Source of the DNA: a virus
Lineage: Duplodnaviria; Caudoviricetes
Strand: one strand, 5' to 3'
Length of the DNA stretch: 64,000 nt
Virus record (IMG/VR): IMGVR_UViG_3300035208_004516
Span: 1-64,000 of that record
Shown here: positions 56,249 through 64,000 of the stretch, piece by piece
Position numbering within the stretch: the stretch's first letter is position 1
Layout: each line of letters starts with the position of its first letter
The notes under the pieces: generated by a model
Seen by the model: only the letters and a program-made list of their open reading frames with translations
The model's database searches: none
Told to the model about the DNA's origin: nothing
Made by a program: the position numbers and the translations under genes

Positions 56249-56926
56249 CTATACCAACTTTCTAAGAGGCTTCTCAACTACATCGCAAATGTAGAAATTC
56301 TTCGTTAAAGAGTATCTAGATATATGTATACCATTTTCTTTCATTGAACTTAAATCTAAATTTATCATTCCAGATCGTTTATTTCTACCTGGTTTATCGA
56401 CAGTTATTTTATCAGATTCTAATGATATTAAAGTAGTTTTTATAAGTTGTTTTAATTCATTAACATTATACTTCTTATCTAGATATATATTCATATGTAT
56501 ACCATTAGCACTACTATTAAGAGATTCTATATTATGAGATAATTTGTCATTTATTAGTTTTTTACATAGGTTCATAGTTAATATAGTATCTTTACGAGAT
56601 GTATTAGGAGATGGATCTATATCTATAATAGCATAGTTTGTTTCAGTTGGGATAGTTACATATACAGCATTTAATCTGCCATTAATTATATCTATATAAT
56701 TGTCATTGGATAACTTAATAAATTTATCTTTGATTTTTCTTTTAAATATTAATTGATCATCAATTCTTAATAACAAAGTTATGTATCTATTATCTATCCA
56801 TTTAAGTAGTAGTTGTTCAACAGATGCCCAGTAATTCCATATTTCAAATTCCGTAATGTTTTGATAAACTTTAGTAGTTGGATGATCAGGATATTTTTCA
56901 GTCAGGAATGTAGTTATCACTTTCAT
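56249..56926 (-). CDS. Stand-alone LigD-type primase-polymerase (AEP) domain
   Basis: YW..V...LL..I..R...L.R, IIDIDP, SSANGIH, INLD, YSL. Confidence 0.6.
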   Translation of the reverse strand: MKVITTFLTEKYPDHPTTKVYQNITEFEIWNYWASVEQLLLKWIDNRYITLLLRIDDQLIFKRKIKDKFIKLSNDNYIDIINGRLNAVYVTIPTETNYAIIDIDPSPNTSRKDTILTMNLCKKLINDKLSHNIESLNSSANGIHMNIYLDKKYNVNELKQLIKTTLISLESDKITVDKPGRNKRSGMINLDLSSMKENGIHISRYSLTKNFYICDVVEKPLRKLV

Positions 56927-57454
56927 ATTTTTCCTTATTATTAGTATTAATTTCCCAAGTAGTTTTATCTAATCCACTTTGTTCAATATAAGATTTCATG
57001 AGTGGATCTTTTAATGCTATAATAAATGCATCTATCCAATTTCCATTAAAGTTAGGAAATATTTTATTTTTATTGTTTTGAAAATTTTGATAATTTTTTA
57101 TATGTTATGATCTTATTTTATTTGCTAATTTTATCCATAATTGTAATTCTTGTTCTCCATATTCTTTCATAGCTTTTAATTCATTATAAGATGGTCTATT
57201 TTTATTCATAAATTCAAAATGAGTAGAATACTAAATTCTAGTTAATTCTCCAGATTTGCTATGTTCTAATCTACCAATTACAGCATTATATTTGAATTCG
57301 GGTTCTCAATCATTTGATCCACTAAAATTATATATTTATATTTATCATCTTTAGTTTGAGTTTTACCACTTTCCGGACCTGTTTTGTAAACTTTCCAATT
57401 TTCAGGGATACTTAAAGAAGTTTTAGAATTTAAAAAATAATCAACAGCTTTCAT
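56923..57454 (-). pseudogene. Frameshifted hypothetical gene starting MKAVDYFLNS
   Basis: AAAGGA RBS and ATG at 57454; coding-like sequence broken by indels. Confidence 0.45.
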
Positions 57455-57574
57455 AGTTTTCCTTTTTGATTATATGCAATTTTATTATGATTATAAGAAC
57501 AAGAAATAAATTCTTTATTAGATAGATTCAAAGCTTGTTTAATACATTTCATTTTGTAGTAGTTTAATTTTTTA

Positions 57575-58084
57575 TCATAATTTATCTTTAAAAAGTTTTT
57601 TGATTTGTTTAATTGTATTTTCAAAAGATGTATGAAATATTGGAATACCACCATGTTCTTTCCAAGGAACAAGTTTGCTCAATGAATCATCAATTAATAT
57701 AGAATTTGGAGTAGCATATTTAAATTTATCTTTATCTAATATATATTTGATATTTGAACCTAATTCTCTTTTGATCCATTTTATTTTTCCACTTTTACTA
57801 TCTGGATCTGTTGTAGGAGCAGATAGTATAGTAGGATTAAATTGTTTAAGAAAATCCCAAAGAATTTTCCCATCCGACATCCAGTTCATTTCCGACCATA
57901 ATGATTCTCCTGCTTTAGCTAAAATTTTAAAAAATTCTGATTGTTTATTAATATAATCTTCGTTTTTTCCGTAACCGAGTTTTTCAAATGCTTCATTAAA
58001 ATTTGTGAGCACACCATCCAAATCAATATAAATTATATACTTATTAGTATTATTTTCTTGTAAATAATTATTCACAATCTTCAT
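57575..58084 (-). CDS. 5'(3')-deoxyribonucleotidase (NT5C, HAD family)
   Basis: IYIDLDGVL.NF, ILSAP, GK..W, ILIDD, W...GG. Confidence 0.88.
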   Translation of the reverse strand: MKIVNNYLQENNTNKYIIYIDLDGVLTNFNEAFEKLGYGKNEDYINKQSEFFKILAKAGESLWSEMNWMSDGKILWDFLKQFNPTILSAPTTDPDSKSGKIKWIKRELGSNIKYILDKDKFKYATPNSILIDDSLSKLVPWKEHGGIPIFHTSFENTIKQIKKLFKDKL

Positions 58085-59073
58085 TTTTGTTCCTCTAATA
58101 ATTTTAAAATAGATTCTTCTATTTGAGTAGAAGATGGTTGTATAAGATCTATCATATTTTTTCTGAATCTACTAAATTGAAATAATCTTCTACTGAATCC
58201 ACATACAATTGCAGGTTTATTTAAATAAAAGTTAAGGCATGTAAGGGATGAGTGTATACCCACATATAATTTACTTTCAAGTATTAATTTAGCAACTTCT
58301 TCTAAACTTTTACCTCTACAATCTTCACTTCCTGGAATGATTTCTTCTCCGGGCAATCCTAATGATTTTATAGGTAAAGGATAATTAACTTCTTTTAATG
58401 CTGGTATTTTTTTCCATTCATGAACACTAGAATATTGTACACATATATAATCTTTATTTTTTCGTTCTATTCCCCACTCAAAATCTAGATTGTATTTATC
58501 CATGTCCGGTTTGATTTCATGTTGCCATTCAAAAGTAGCATATGGATCTAATATTTCTTTATCAAATGATTCAAGTTGAAGATTATTTTTATGTTTATTA
58601 AAAGTCTCTATAAACTTTTCTCTATCTCTAATTCCTTTTGGAAAACCATCTTCTAAATGTATTAATTTAATTATTCCTGAATTTGGTCTAGAAGCAATAA
58701 AAGAACTTCCAACTTTTGAATAAGTACCGGTTACCCAAGTTATATCATTATATCCTTCTTCTTTATACTTATTAATATATGGGAGTAAGTGAAAATTATC
58801 TCCCAGTAATAAACCTCCGCATACAAGTAATAATTTCATTTTACTTTCCTTATTATAATTTATAAATCCAAAATGATTATCTTGGAACATATTCATATCA
58901 TGAAAATCTCCAAATACATTAGCTGTAGTTAATGAGTCATGCATAATTTTAGCTTTGTCAAATCTAACATAATCAAAATCAAATATCATACAATGCCCGC
59001 AACCTATATCTATTACAGGCATTGGTTGATTATATTTTTTCCAAACACTTCTTATTAATGTTATTCTATTCAT
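58081..59073 (-). CDS. GT9-like glycosyltransferase (probable start MKLLL at 58839) read in frame with a truncated methyltransferase fragment
   Basis: LGDNF, DCRGKSLEEVAKLI..SKLYVGI.SS; upstream IDIGCG...GDFHD fragment; internal AAGGA RBS. Confidence 0.7.
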   Translation of the reverse strand: MNRITLIRSVWKKYNQPMPVIDIGCGHCMIFDFDYVRFDKAKIMHDSLTTANVFGDFHDMNMFQDNHFGFINYNKESKMKLLLVCGGLLLGDNFHLLPYINKYKEEGYNDITWVTGTYSKVGSSFIASRPNSGIIKLIHLEDGFPKGIRDREKFIETFNKHKNNLQLESFDKEILDPYATFEWQHEIKPDMDKYNLDFEWGIERKNKDYICVQYSSVHEWKKIPALKEVNYPLPIKSLGLPGEEIIPGSEDCRGKSLEEVAKLILESKLYVGIHSSLTCLNFYLNKPAIVCGFSRRLFQFSRFRKNMIDLIQPSSTQIEESILKLLEEQK

Positions 59074-59747
59074 ATAGATTTTTTCTTAAATATAATCCAG
59101 AAATTTCTTTTACCACTATCACCTTTCCAACCACTAGAATCAATAATTTCAACTATATCTGATTTAGTTAAATATGATTGAAAATTTGTTGAACTTAAAC
59201 CTACACCATAACCACAAGTAACTTCTCTATTACTTTTCCACTCTTCATGCTGCAACATCAATTTAGCTATTCCATTAGGTTTTAAGATTCTTTCTATTTC
59301 AGAAATATATTTTAATTGGATATCTTTATAAGGCATATGTTGAAAACAAATAATAGATATAACAAACGAGATAGTATTATCTGGAATATCTATAGTTCCT
59401 AATCCATCACTAACTATAAATTTATTTCTTTCAGAATTATATGGAGGAAGTTGTTTAGCAAATTTTATCATTCCCTCATCTATATCTACACCGTATGTAT
59501 TTTTAAATCTATCTTTAGTAGCATATAACATTCTACCCATTCCACATCCAATTTCCAAAATAACATCCTTATCCGGAATAATAGAATTTTCTTCTTTAAG
59601 AAAAAATTGATTATAATCTTCAGTACCACTTTTCAAGAAATCATCTAATTTCCAATTTTTGTTGTCGGACCTAATAATATACATTGCTTTAGTCATATCT
59701 TTAGTAAATCCAGCCCAATAGTTTTTCATATAAATATTATCTGTCAT
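59070..59747 (-). CDS. Class I SAM methyltransferase
   Basis: LEIGCGMGR, GVDID, FQHM, RILKPNG. Confidence 0.9.
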   Translation of the reverse strand: MTDNIYMKNYWAGFTKDMTKAMYIIRSDNKNWKLDDFLKSGTEDYNQFFLKEENSIIPDKDVILEIGCGMGRMLYATKDRFKNTYGVDIDEGMIKFAKQLPPYNSERNKFIVSDGLGTIDIPDNTISFVISIICFQHMPYKDIQLKYISEIERILKPNGIAKLMLQHEEWKSNREVTCGYGVGLSSTNFQSYLTKSDIVEIIDSSGWKGDSGKRNFWIIFKKKSI

Positions 59748-59811
59748 TGTTAATTTCCTTTAATCTAATGTTACATGTTTCCATTTATTATATACAGCTT
59801 TTAAACTATCA

Positions 59812-60246
59812 TCATGCATTTTCCAATCCATCTTTTTTTAATACTCTAATTATTTCTTCCATCGTTTTAATTGCACATTCATTACTCATATGATCTAAAC
59901 AATTTAAAGCTAAAATATTATCAAAATAATTATTTTGATATAATAATTCTTCTGAACTTTTATTTGATCTGTGTTGAGCTTTATATACAGTTTGATAAGA
60001 ATTGGGTTCTAATTTTAAATATTCATCCATAAGAGGATCTATTAAAAAAATTTTACTATTTTGATCAGCTGCAAATAAAGATACAGGAACAGCTCCGCAT
60101 CCAATATCAAGTATGTTTCCTTGTAATGAAGTTTCTTTATTATTCCATATATTATAAAAATCAAAATATTTTTTAGTATATAATTGTTCAAATGGCCATT
60201 TTCTACCAGCCCAAAATTTAAGTTCTGATTGTTCTCTTGTATTCAT
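59812..60246 (-). CDS. Class I SAM methyltransferase (probable start MNTREQ at 60246; C-terminus looks truncated)
   Basis: LDIGCG, IDPL, NCLDH, RVLK.DG; the upstream ORF extension lies inside the mini-IS. Confidence 0.75.
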   Translation of the reverse strand: MNTREQSELKFWAGRKWPFEQLYTKKYFDFYNIWNNKETSLQGNILDIGCGAVPVSLFAADQNSKIFLIDPLMDEYLKLEPNSYQTVYKAQHRSNKSSEELLYQNNYFDNILALNCLDHMSNECAIKTMEEIIRVLKKDGLENA

Positions 60247-60466
60247 AAGTTCTCTCGGATGGAAAATATGGAGCTTATCTCCATGGACAGAATCCGACCT
60301 TTCATGTTTTATAATTTGTTCTGAACCATGATAAAACATATGAAATCATTTAATTTCAAATATTTTAACTCACTTTTAAAACCGATGTTTTTAAAGTATC
60401 AATTGAAACTAATTAATTAAATCTAGTTAGATACAAGCTATGGAGATCGTCCCCATAGTTATTGAC
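60247..60466 (+). mobile_element. 220-bp non-autonomous IS200/IS605-type element
   Basis: LE hairpin ATGGAG CTTAT CTCCAT and RE CAAGCTATGGAGATCGTCCCCATAGTTATTGAC, both matching the RE at 77-110; lies exactly between a stop and a start codon. Confidence 0.7.
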
Positions 60467-61144
60467 TTAAAATTCTATCCTTATATGAACAGTGTTAGCT
60501 TGTTCTGGAGTTGCAACTTTATAAATTGTTTGTTTAAGAAAATTAAATAGAGAATATTCTACCATTATATTTTGTATTTTGTGCACTTTGTTAATTGGAT
60601 TTAATATTCTTTCACTTAACTGTTCAAAAGAATATTTTCTAAGATCCCCATCACTTCTACCAATATCAAGTTTTTCTTTATCATAATTAAATTCGTTTGT
60701 TATAAATAAAAATCTATTACATATTTCGGCAGCTTTTTGATAACATTCTATATCTTTATTAATATTATGTTGTAGTGCGTAAATTGATGTTACTATATCA
60801 TATTTAGTAAAATCTAAATCTAATAAATCGTTTATATATAAATTATAATTTGTTTTAAATTCATTTTTATATTTATTTTGTAATTTTATAATTGAACCAT
60901 CTCGTTCTACACAATCAACTATGTAACCTAAAGATGCCATATAAGCAGGAAATTTGCTTTCTCTACAACCTATATCAAGTAATTTTTTAGAATGAGGAAT
61001 TTTTTCTAAATAATTCATTATTAAATTGTAAGAATACATTCGTATCGGATCTGAAAGTTTTTCTTTTATCATTTTTTTAATCCTTTTAAAAATAACATTT
61101 CCATAAAGCTCGTCTTTTATTATCTGTAAATCCGAGAAATTCAT
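60467..61144 (-). CDS. Methyltransferase-like protein
   Basis: LLDIGCR, YDIVTSIYALQH. Confidence 0.75.
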   Translation of the reverse strand: MNFSDLQIIKDELYGNVIFKRIKKMIKEKLSDPIRMYSYNLIMNYLEKIPHSKKLLDIGCRESKFPAYMASLGYIVDCVERDGSIIKLQNKYKNEFKTNYNLYINDLLDLDFTKYDIVTSIYALQHNINKDIECYQKAAEICNRFLFITNEFNYDKEKLDIGRSDGDLRKYSFEQLSERILNPINKVHKIQNIMVEYSLFNFLKQTIYKVATPEQANTVHIRIEF

Positions 61145-61706
61145 AATTGATTTTTAAAACGTTATTTAATATATGATTCCATGATTTGTAAGTTCTACCT
61201 TTTTCAATAATATCATTTTCTATTCTGACTTCTCCATCTGCATGAGATTCAATAAAAATAAATCCAGATGATATATTTTTTAATAAATATTTAATTTGCC
61301 CAGGATTTTGAAAATAATCCCATACAGCAAGTAAAAAAATATTATCATATTTTTTATTAAATATTTTATGATTTAATTCATTATTTAAATCTATACAGAA
61401 ATATTTACCCTCTGGATTTATTTTTTTTGCCCATTTTATAAATTGTGGATTTATATCTATTCCAATAGTTTCATTTCCTAATAATGTATAATATCTAGAA
61501 ATTGATCCTATATTACATCCAATATCTAATATAGATCCATTTAATTTATGTCCTATTAAATTAATTCTATCAATACTTGATCTAATTCCTTTTACTATTG
61601 TATTTTTATTTTGATCAATAATATCTTGATATATTCCGTGGGTTCCTCCCCCGGAAGTTTGTGGTTTTAAATCTTTTATCATTTCATCTATTAATTTTTT
61701 TTCCAT
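61086..61706 (-). CDS. Class I SAM methyltransferase (probable start MEKK)
   Basis: ILDIGCNIG, GIDIN, YDNIFLLAV; GAGG RBS. Confidence 0.8.
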   Translation of the reverse strand: MEKKLIDEMIKDLKPQTSGGGTHGIYQDIIDQNKNTIVKGIRSSIDRINLIGHKLNGSILDIGCNIGSISRYYTLLGNETIGIDINPQFIKWAKKINPEGKYFCIDLNNELNHKIFNKKYDNIFLLAVWDYFQNPGQIKYLLKNISSGFIFIESHADGEVRIENDIIEKGRTYKSWNHILNNVLKINYEFLGFTDNKRRALWKCYF

Positions 61707-62335
61707 ATTTCCTCTTTTAAATCTTGATAACTTTTTGCTCTGCATGTTCCGCAGCAATTAGGAATCATAAGATTTTTTTGTTGACACATATCAGTGCATA
61801 ATTCAAAAATTGAATTTTGGACTGTTCTTTTTGCTATTTGAAAATCTATAAGAACTGGATAAATATTATTTTTTAAAAGAATATTTTTAGTAGTTAAATC
61901 ATAATGTGAAATTTGATTTTTCCACAAATAAAAAATAATATTTCTTGCATCAGACAATATTCTATTTTTTTCTTGGTGATCCAGTTTATGCAAAACATTT
62001 TTCAAAGTTGTTGGGATATAATCATATACACAGAATGTAACATTATCATTTGAATAAAATCCATGATTCTTTATTATACCATCATATTTTAAATCTTTAG
62101 TCATATAATATCCATTTTCTATAGTTTTGCAATGAATTAAATTTTGATCTAATTTTGTATGAGCACATTTGATAGCATATTGATTTTTGTATTTATAAAT
62201 TCTCAAACAATTATTTATATGCCCTTTTTCGTTATTCCATGGATCAATAATTTCTAAATTATTATATCTAATTTCATTAGATATCTCAATAAGTTCATCT
62301 TTAGTTAGCATTTTATCTCCGTTAAGTGATAGCAC
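61691..62335 (-). CDS. Protein-kinase-like (Kdo/RIO-type) kinase
   Basis: YAIK, SHYDLTTKNILL, VLIDF. Confidence 0.75.
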   Translation of the reverse strand: MLSLNGDKMLTKDELIEISNEIRYNNLEIIDPWNNEKGHINNCLRIYKYKNQYAIKCAHTKLDQNLIHCKTIENGYYMTKDLKYDGIIKNHGFYSNDNVTFCVYDYIPTTLKNVLHKLDHQEKNRILSDARNIIFYLWKNQISHYDLTTKNILLKNNIYPVLIDFQIAKRTVQNSIFELCTDMCQQKNLMIPNCCGTCRAKSYQDLKEEIWKKN

Positions 62336-62916
62336 ATCAAGTAATTTTCTGGCATTGTATTTATTCTATGAATAGTATCTTTAATTGATTCGTGGAAAGA
62401 ATAGTATATGCCTTCTGAATGATATTTTTTTAAAGTATGATAATTCAAATTGGTATGATAAGTGAATGTTTTTGTTTCTGGGCCTGTGCATACAAAAGAG
62501 AAATTAAATTCATCTAAAATATCCAAAATACATTGATTAAAAGAATTAAATGGGAAAATGATACCACCAATATCAAAACAAGAAAATCTATAGCAAAAAT
62601 CTCTCATTTTGGTTTTAAGATATTCTGGGGTTCTACCGTCAAATTCATTTCTCCACCCAATAGTTTTTTTTGGAAGATCCCATCTATCTACGTTATGTGT
62701 AAACCCATGAAGCAGAGGTACAGCATTTGGTAATTTGTTTATAATAAAATCTATATCCTCATCAGTAGTATAATCACCAACTACTCCCAAATAATATTCA
62801 ATATTCCGATCTTCAAAATATGAAAGAATTTTAGTGGTTTGATCATAGGTAACTCTCTCACAATACTTGCCCCAAATAGGAAAATCATCTATTCTTATTT
62901 TAACATTAGATTCCAT
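62305..62916 (-). CDS. Polysaccharide deacetylase-like (DUF2334/NodB fold)
   Basis: IRIDD, LGVV, LHGFTH, EF, PFN. Confidence 0.75.
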   Translation of the reverse strand: MESNVKIRIDDFPIWGKYCERVTYDQTTKILSYFEDRNIEYYLGVVGDYTTDEDIDFIINKLPNAVPLLHGFTHNVDRWDLPKKTIGWRNEFDGRTPEYLKTKMRDFCYRFSCFDIGGIIFPFNSFNQCILDILDEFNFSFVCTGPETKTFTYHTNLNYHTLKKYHSEGIYYSFHESIKDTIHRINTMPENYLMCYHLTEIKC

Positions 62917-63817
62917 TAATAAATTCTATCCATTCTTTTTTAAATTTGTTAAAATCTGCATACTTTTCTGCCCATTGTCTTGGTTGAATAGGCAGCTTGT
63001 TATTTTTAACTAATTCCCATAATTCATGTAATTTATTTATTACTAATTCAATATTTCTTGATTCTTGCCATGGAATAATTAATCCAGGAAATTCATTCTC
63101 ATCACTTGTTTCAAGTACTCCAGTTTTAGTGGCTAGTACTGGTAATCCAGATGATATTCCCTCACTCAATGCATAACTATTTCCTTCATATTGAGATAAT
63201 TGCAAAAATAAATCTCCCCTTCTAAACTTCTCGGATTCTTCTCCAACTGCAGCATTTAAATATTCAAATTCAAAATCAGTACATTTCTTTTGTAATTTTT
63301 CTATAAATTCTTTACCTTTATTATAATCATTAGCACAATGTATAACTATTGGTTTTTGGTTAGTATTATTTATTTCTTTAGTACAGAATTCATTTAAATC
63401 TATTCCATTAAGAATGATTTTATCTGCTTCAACTCCATGATGGTTTTTTAAATAGTAAGCTGATGCTGGTGATACAGCTACCTTGTAATTACATCGGTTA
63501 GTCCACATTTCATGTTGCTTATTAATTTCATTTTTAAATCTTGATAGTTTGTCAGTTCTGATTGCAAATTCCTTCCAAGTTCCATGTACTATGCTGATTA
63601 TTATATTCTCTTTAGGTATAGTATATAATCCATCTGCTCCATCTACTATAAATATAGTAGTTTTATTTAAATACAATGGAATATCTTTTGTTAATATCAA
63701 TTTGCATCCAATAGTAGTTTCTAAATAACTAGCAAATTTTGGAACACCTCCAGTATGACCTTGACTTCTGAGAGATGAGCTAACATGAATTATTTCTTTA
63801 TTAATTAATTCATTCAT
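62906..63817 (-). CDS. GT4-family glycosyltransferase
   Basis: GGV, VAVS, ILNGID, KG, S.YEGNSYALSEGISSGLPV. Confidence 0.88.
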   Translation of the reverse strand: MNELINKEIIHVSSSLRSQGHTGGVPKFASYLETTIGCKLILTKDIPLYLNKTTIFIVDGADGLYTIPKENIIISIVHGTWKEFAIRTDKLSRFKNEINKQHEMWTNRCNYKVAVSPASAYYLKNHHGVEADKIILNGIDLNEFCTKEINNTNQKPIVIHCANDYNKGKEFIEKLQKKCTDFEFEYLNAAVGEESEKFRRGDLFLQLSQYEGNSYALSEGISSGLPVLATKTGVLETSDENEFPGLIIPWQESRNIELVINKLHELWELVKNNKLPIQPRQWAEKYADFNKFKKEWIEFINGI

Positions 63818-64000
63818 ATTAACTTCTCCAATATTTTTCTCATATCAAAATTATTTATATAATCATCATATATTTGTTCACATATTTCTCTTTTTACTTT
63901 TTCATTTTTAAAATACTTTTCTATAATGGAATCATATTCATTTAGATTGAAATTAATAATTCCTTTAATAGGACAATATATAGATTCAGTAATAAAAAAA

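Noticed and set aside
1005-57454. Programmed frameshifting or phase variation at the split genes (~1370, ~23390, ~30350, ~44160, ~44495, ~53950)
   Set aside because: Scattered single-base indels, mostly in homopolymers and in unrelated genes, are better explained by long-read error; reads are needed to decide
60247-60339. N-terminal 31 aa of ORF 59812..60339
   Set aside because: Lies inside the mini-IS; probable start is 60246
1-64000. Alternative genetic code
   Set aside because: Long genes are open in code 11, and TAA, TAG and TGA all end recognisable genes
1-64000. Eukaryotic giant virus or cellular chromosome
   Set aside because: Strong Shine-Dalgarno sites, operons and intrinsic terminators; no housekeeping operons; mostly small hypothetical genes

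Overview
Very AT-rich segment of a large tailed (jumbo-type) bacteriophage. It has dense short genes, strong AAGGAG ribosome-binding sites and the standard genetic code; no capsid, terminase or replicative polymerase gene is recognisable in the window. Left to right: (1) right end of an IS200/IS605 (tnpB) element, thymidylate kinase and a glycosyltransferase cluster; (2) putative virion proteins (FN3, NHL beta-propellers, Ser-rich linkers), KhpA, a metacaspase, a Zn-finger endonuclease and a NUDIX hydrolase; (3) a three-gene minus-strand operon with two GspG/type IV pilin-like genes and an AcrIII-1 (DUF1874) ring-nuclease fusion; (4) HU, a DRB0094-type RNA ligase and a PD-(D/E)XK nuclease among small hypotheticals; (5) a ~3 kb mostly non-coding region with iterated repeats and a strand-skew flip (origin/terminus candidate); (6) a tandem array of eight Zn-finger paralogs with variable bodies and a near-invariant C-terminal tail (DAQIAYKLLTT); (7) M15 peptidase, cyclic-phosphate receiver, LigD-like polymerase domain and deoxyribonucleotidase; (8) a second glycan-modification cluster containing a 220-bp miniature IS605-type element. 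Best candidates for undescribed biology: the constant-tail paralog array, a T4-like 10-residue capsid-targeting leader on three unrelated enzymes, and the pilin + AcrIII-1 operon. Several genes are broken by 1-bp indels, mostly at homopolymers, probably sequencing errors. All family calls come from motif recognition by eye, not database searches.
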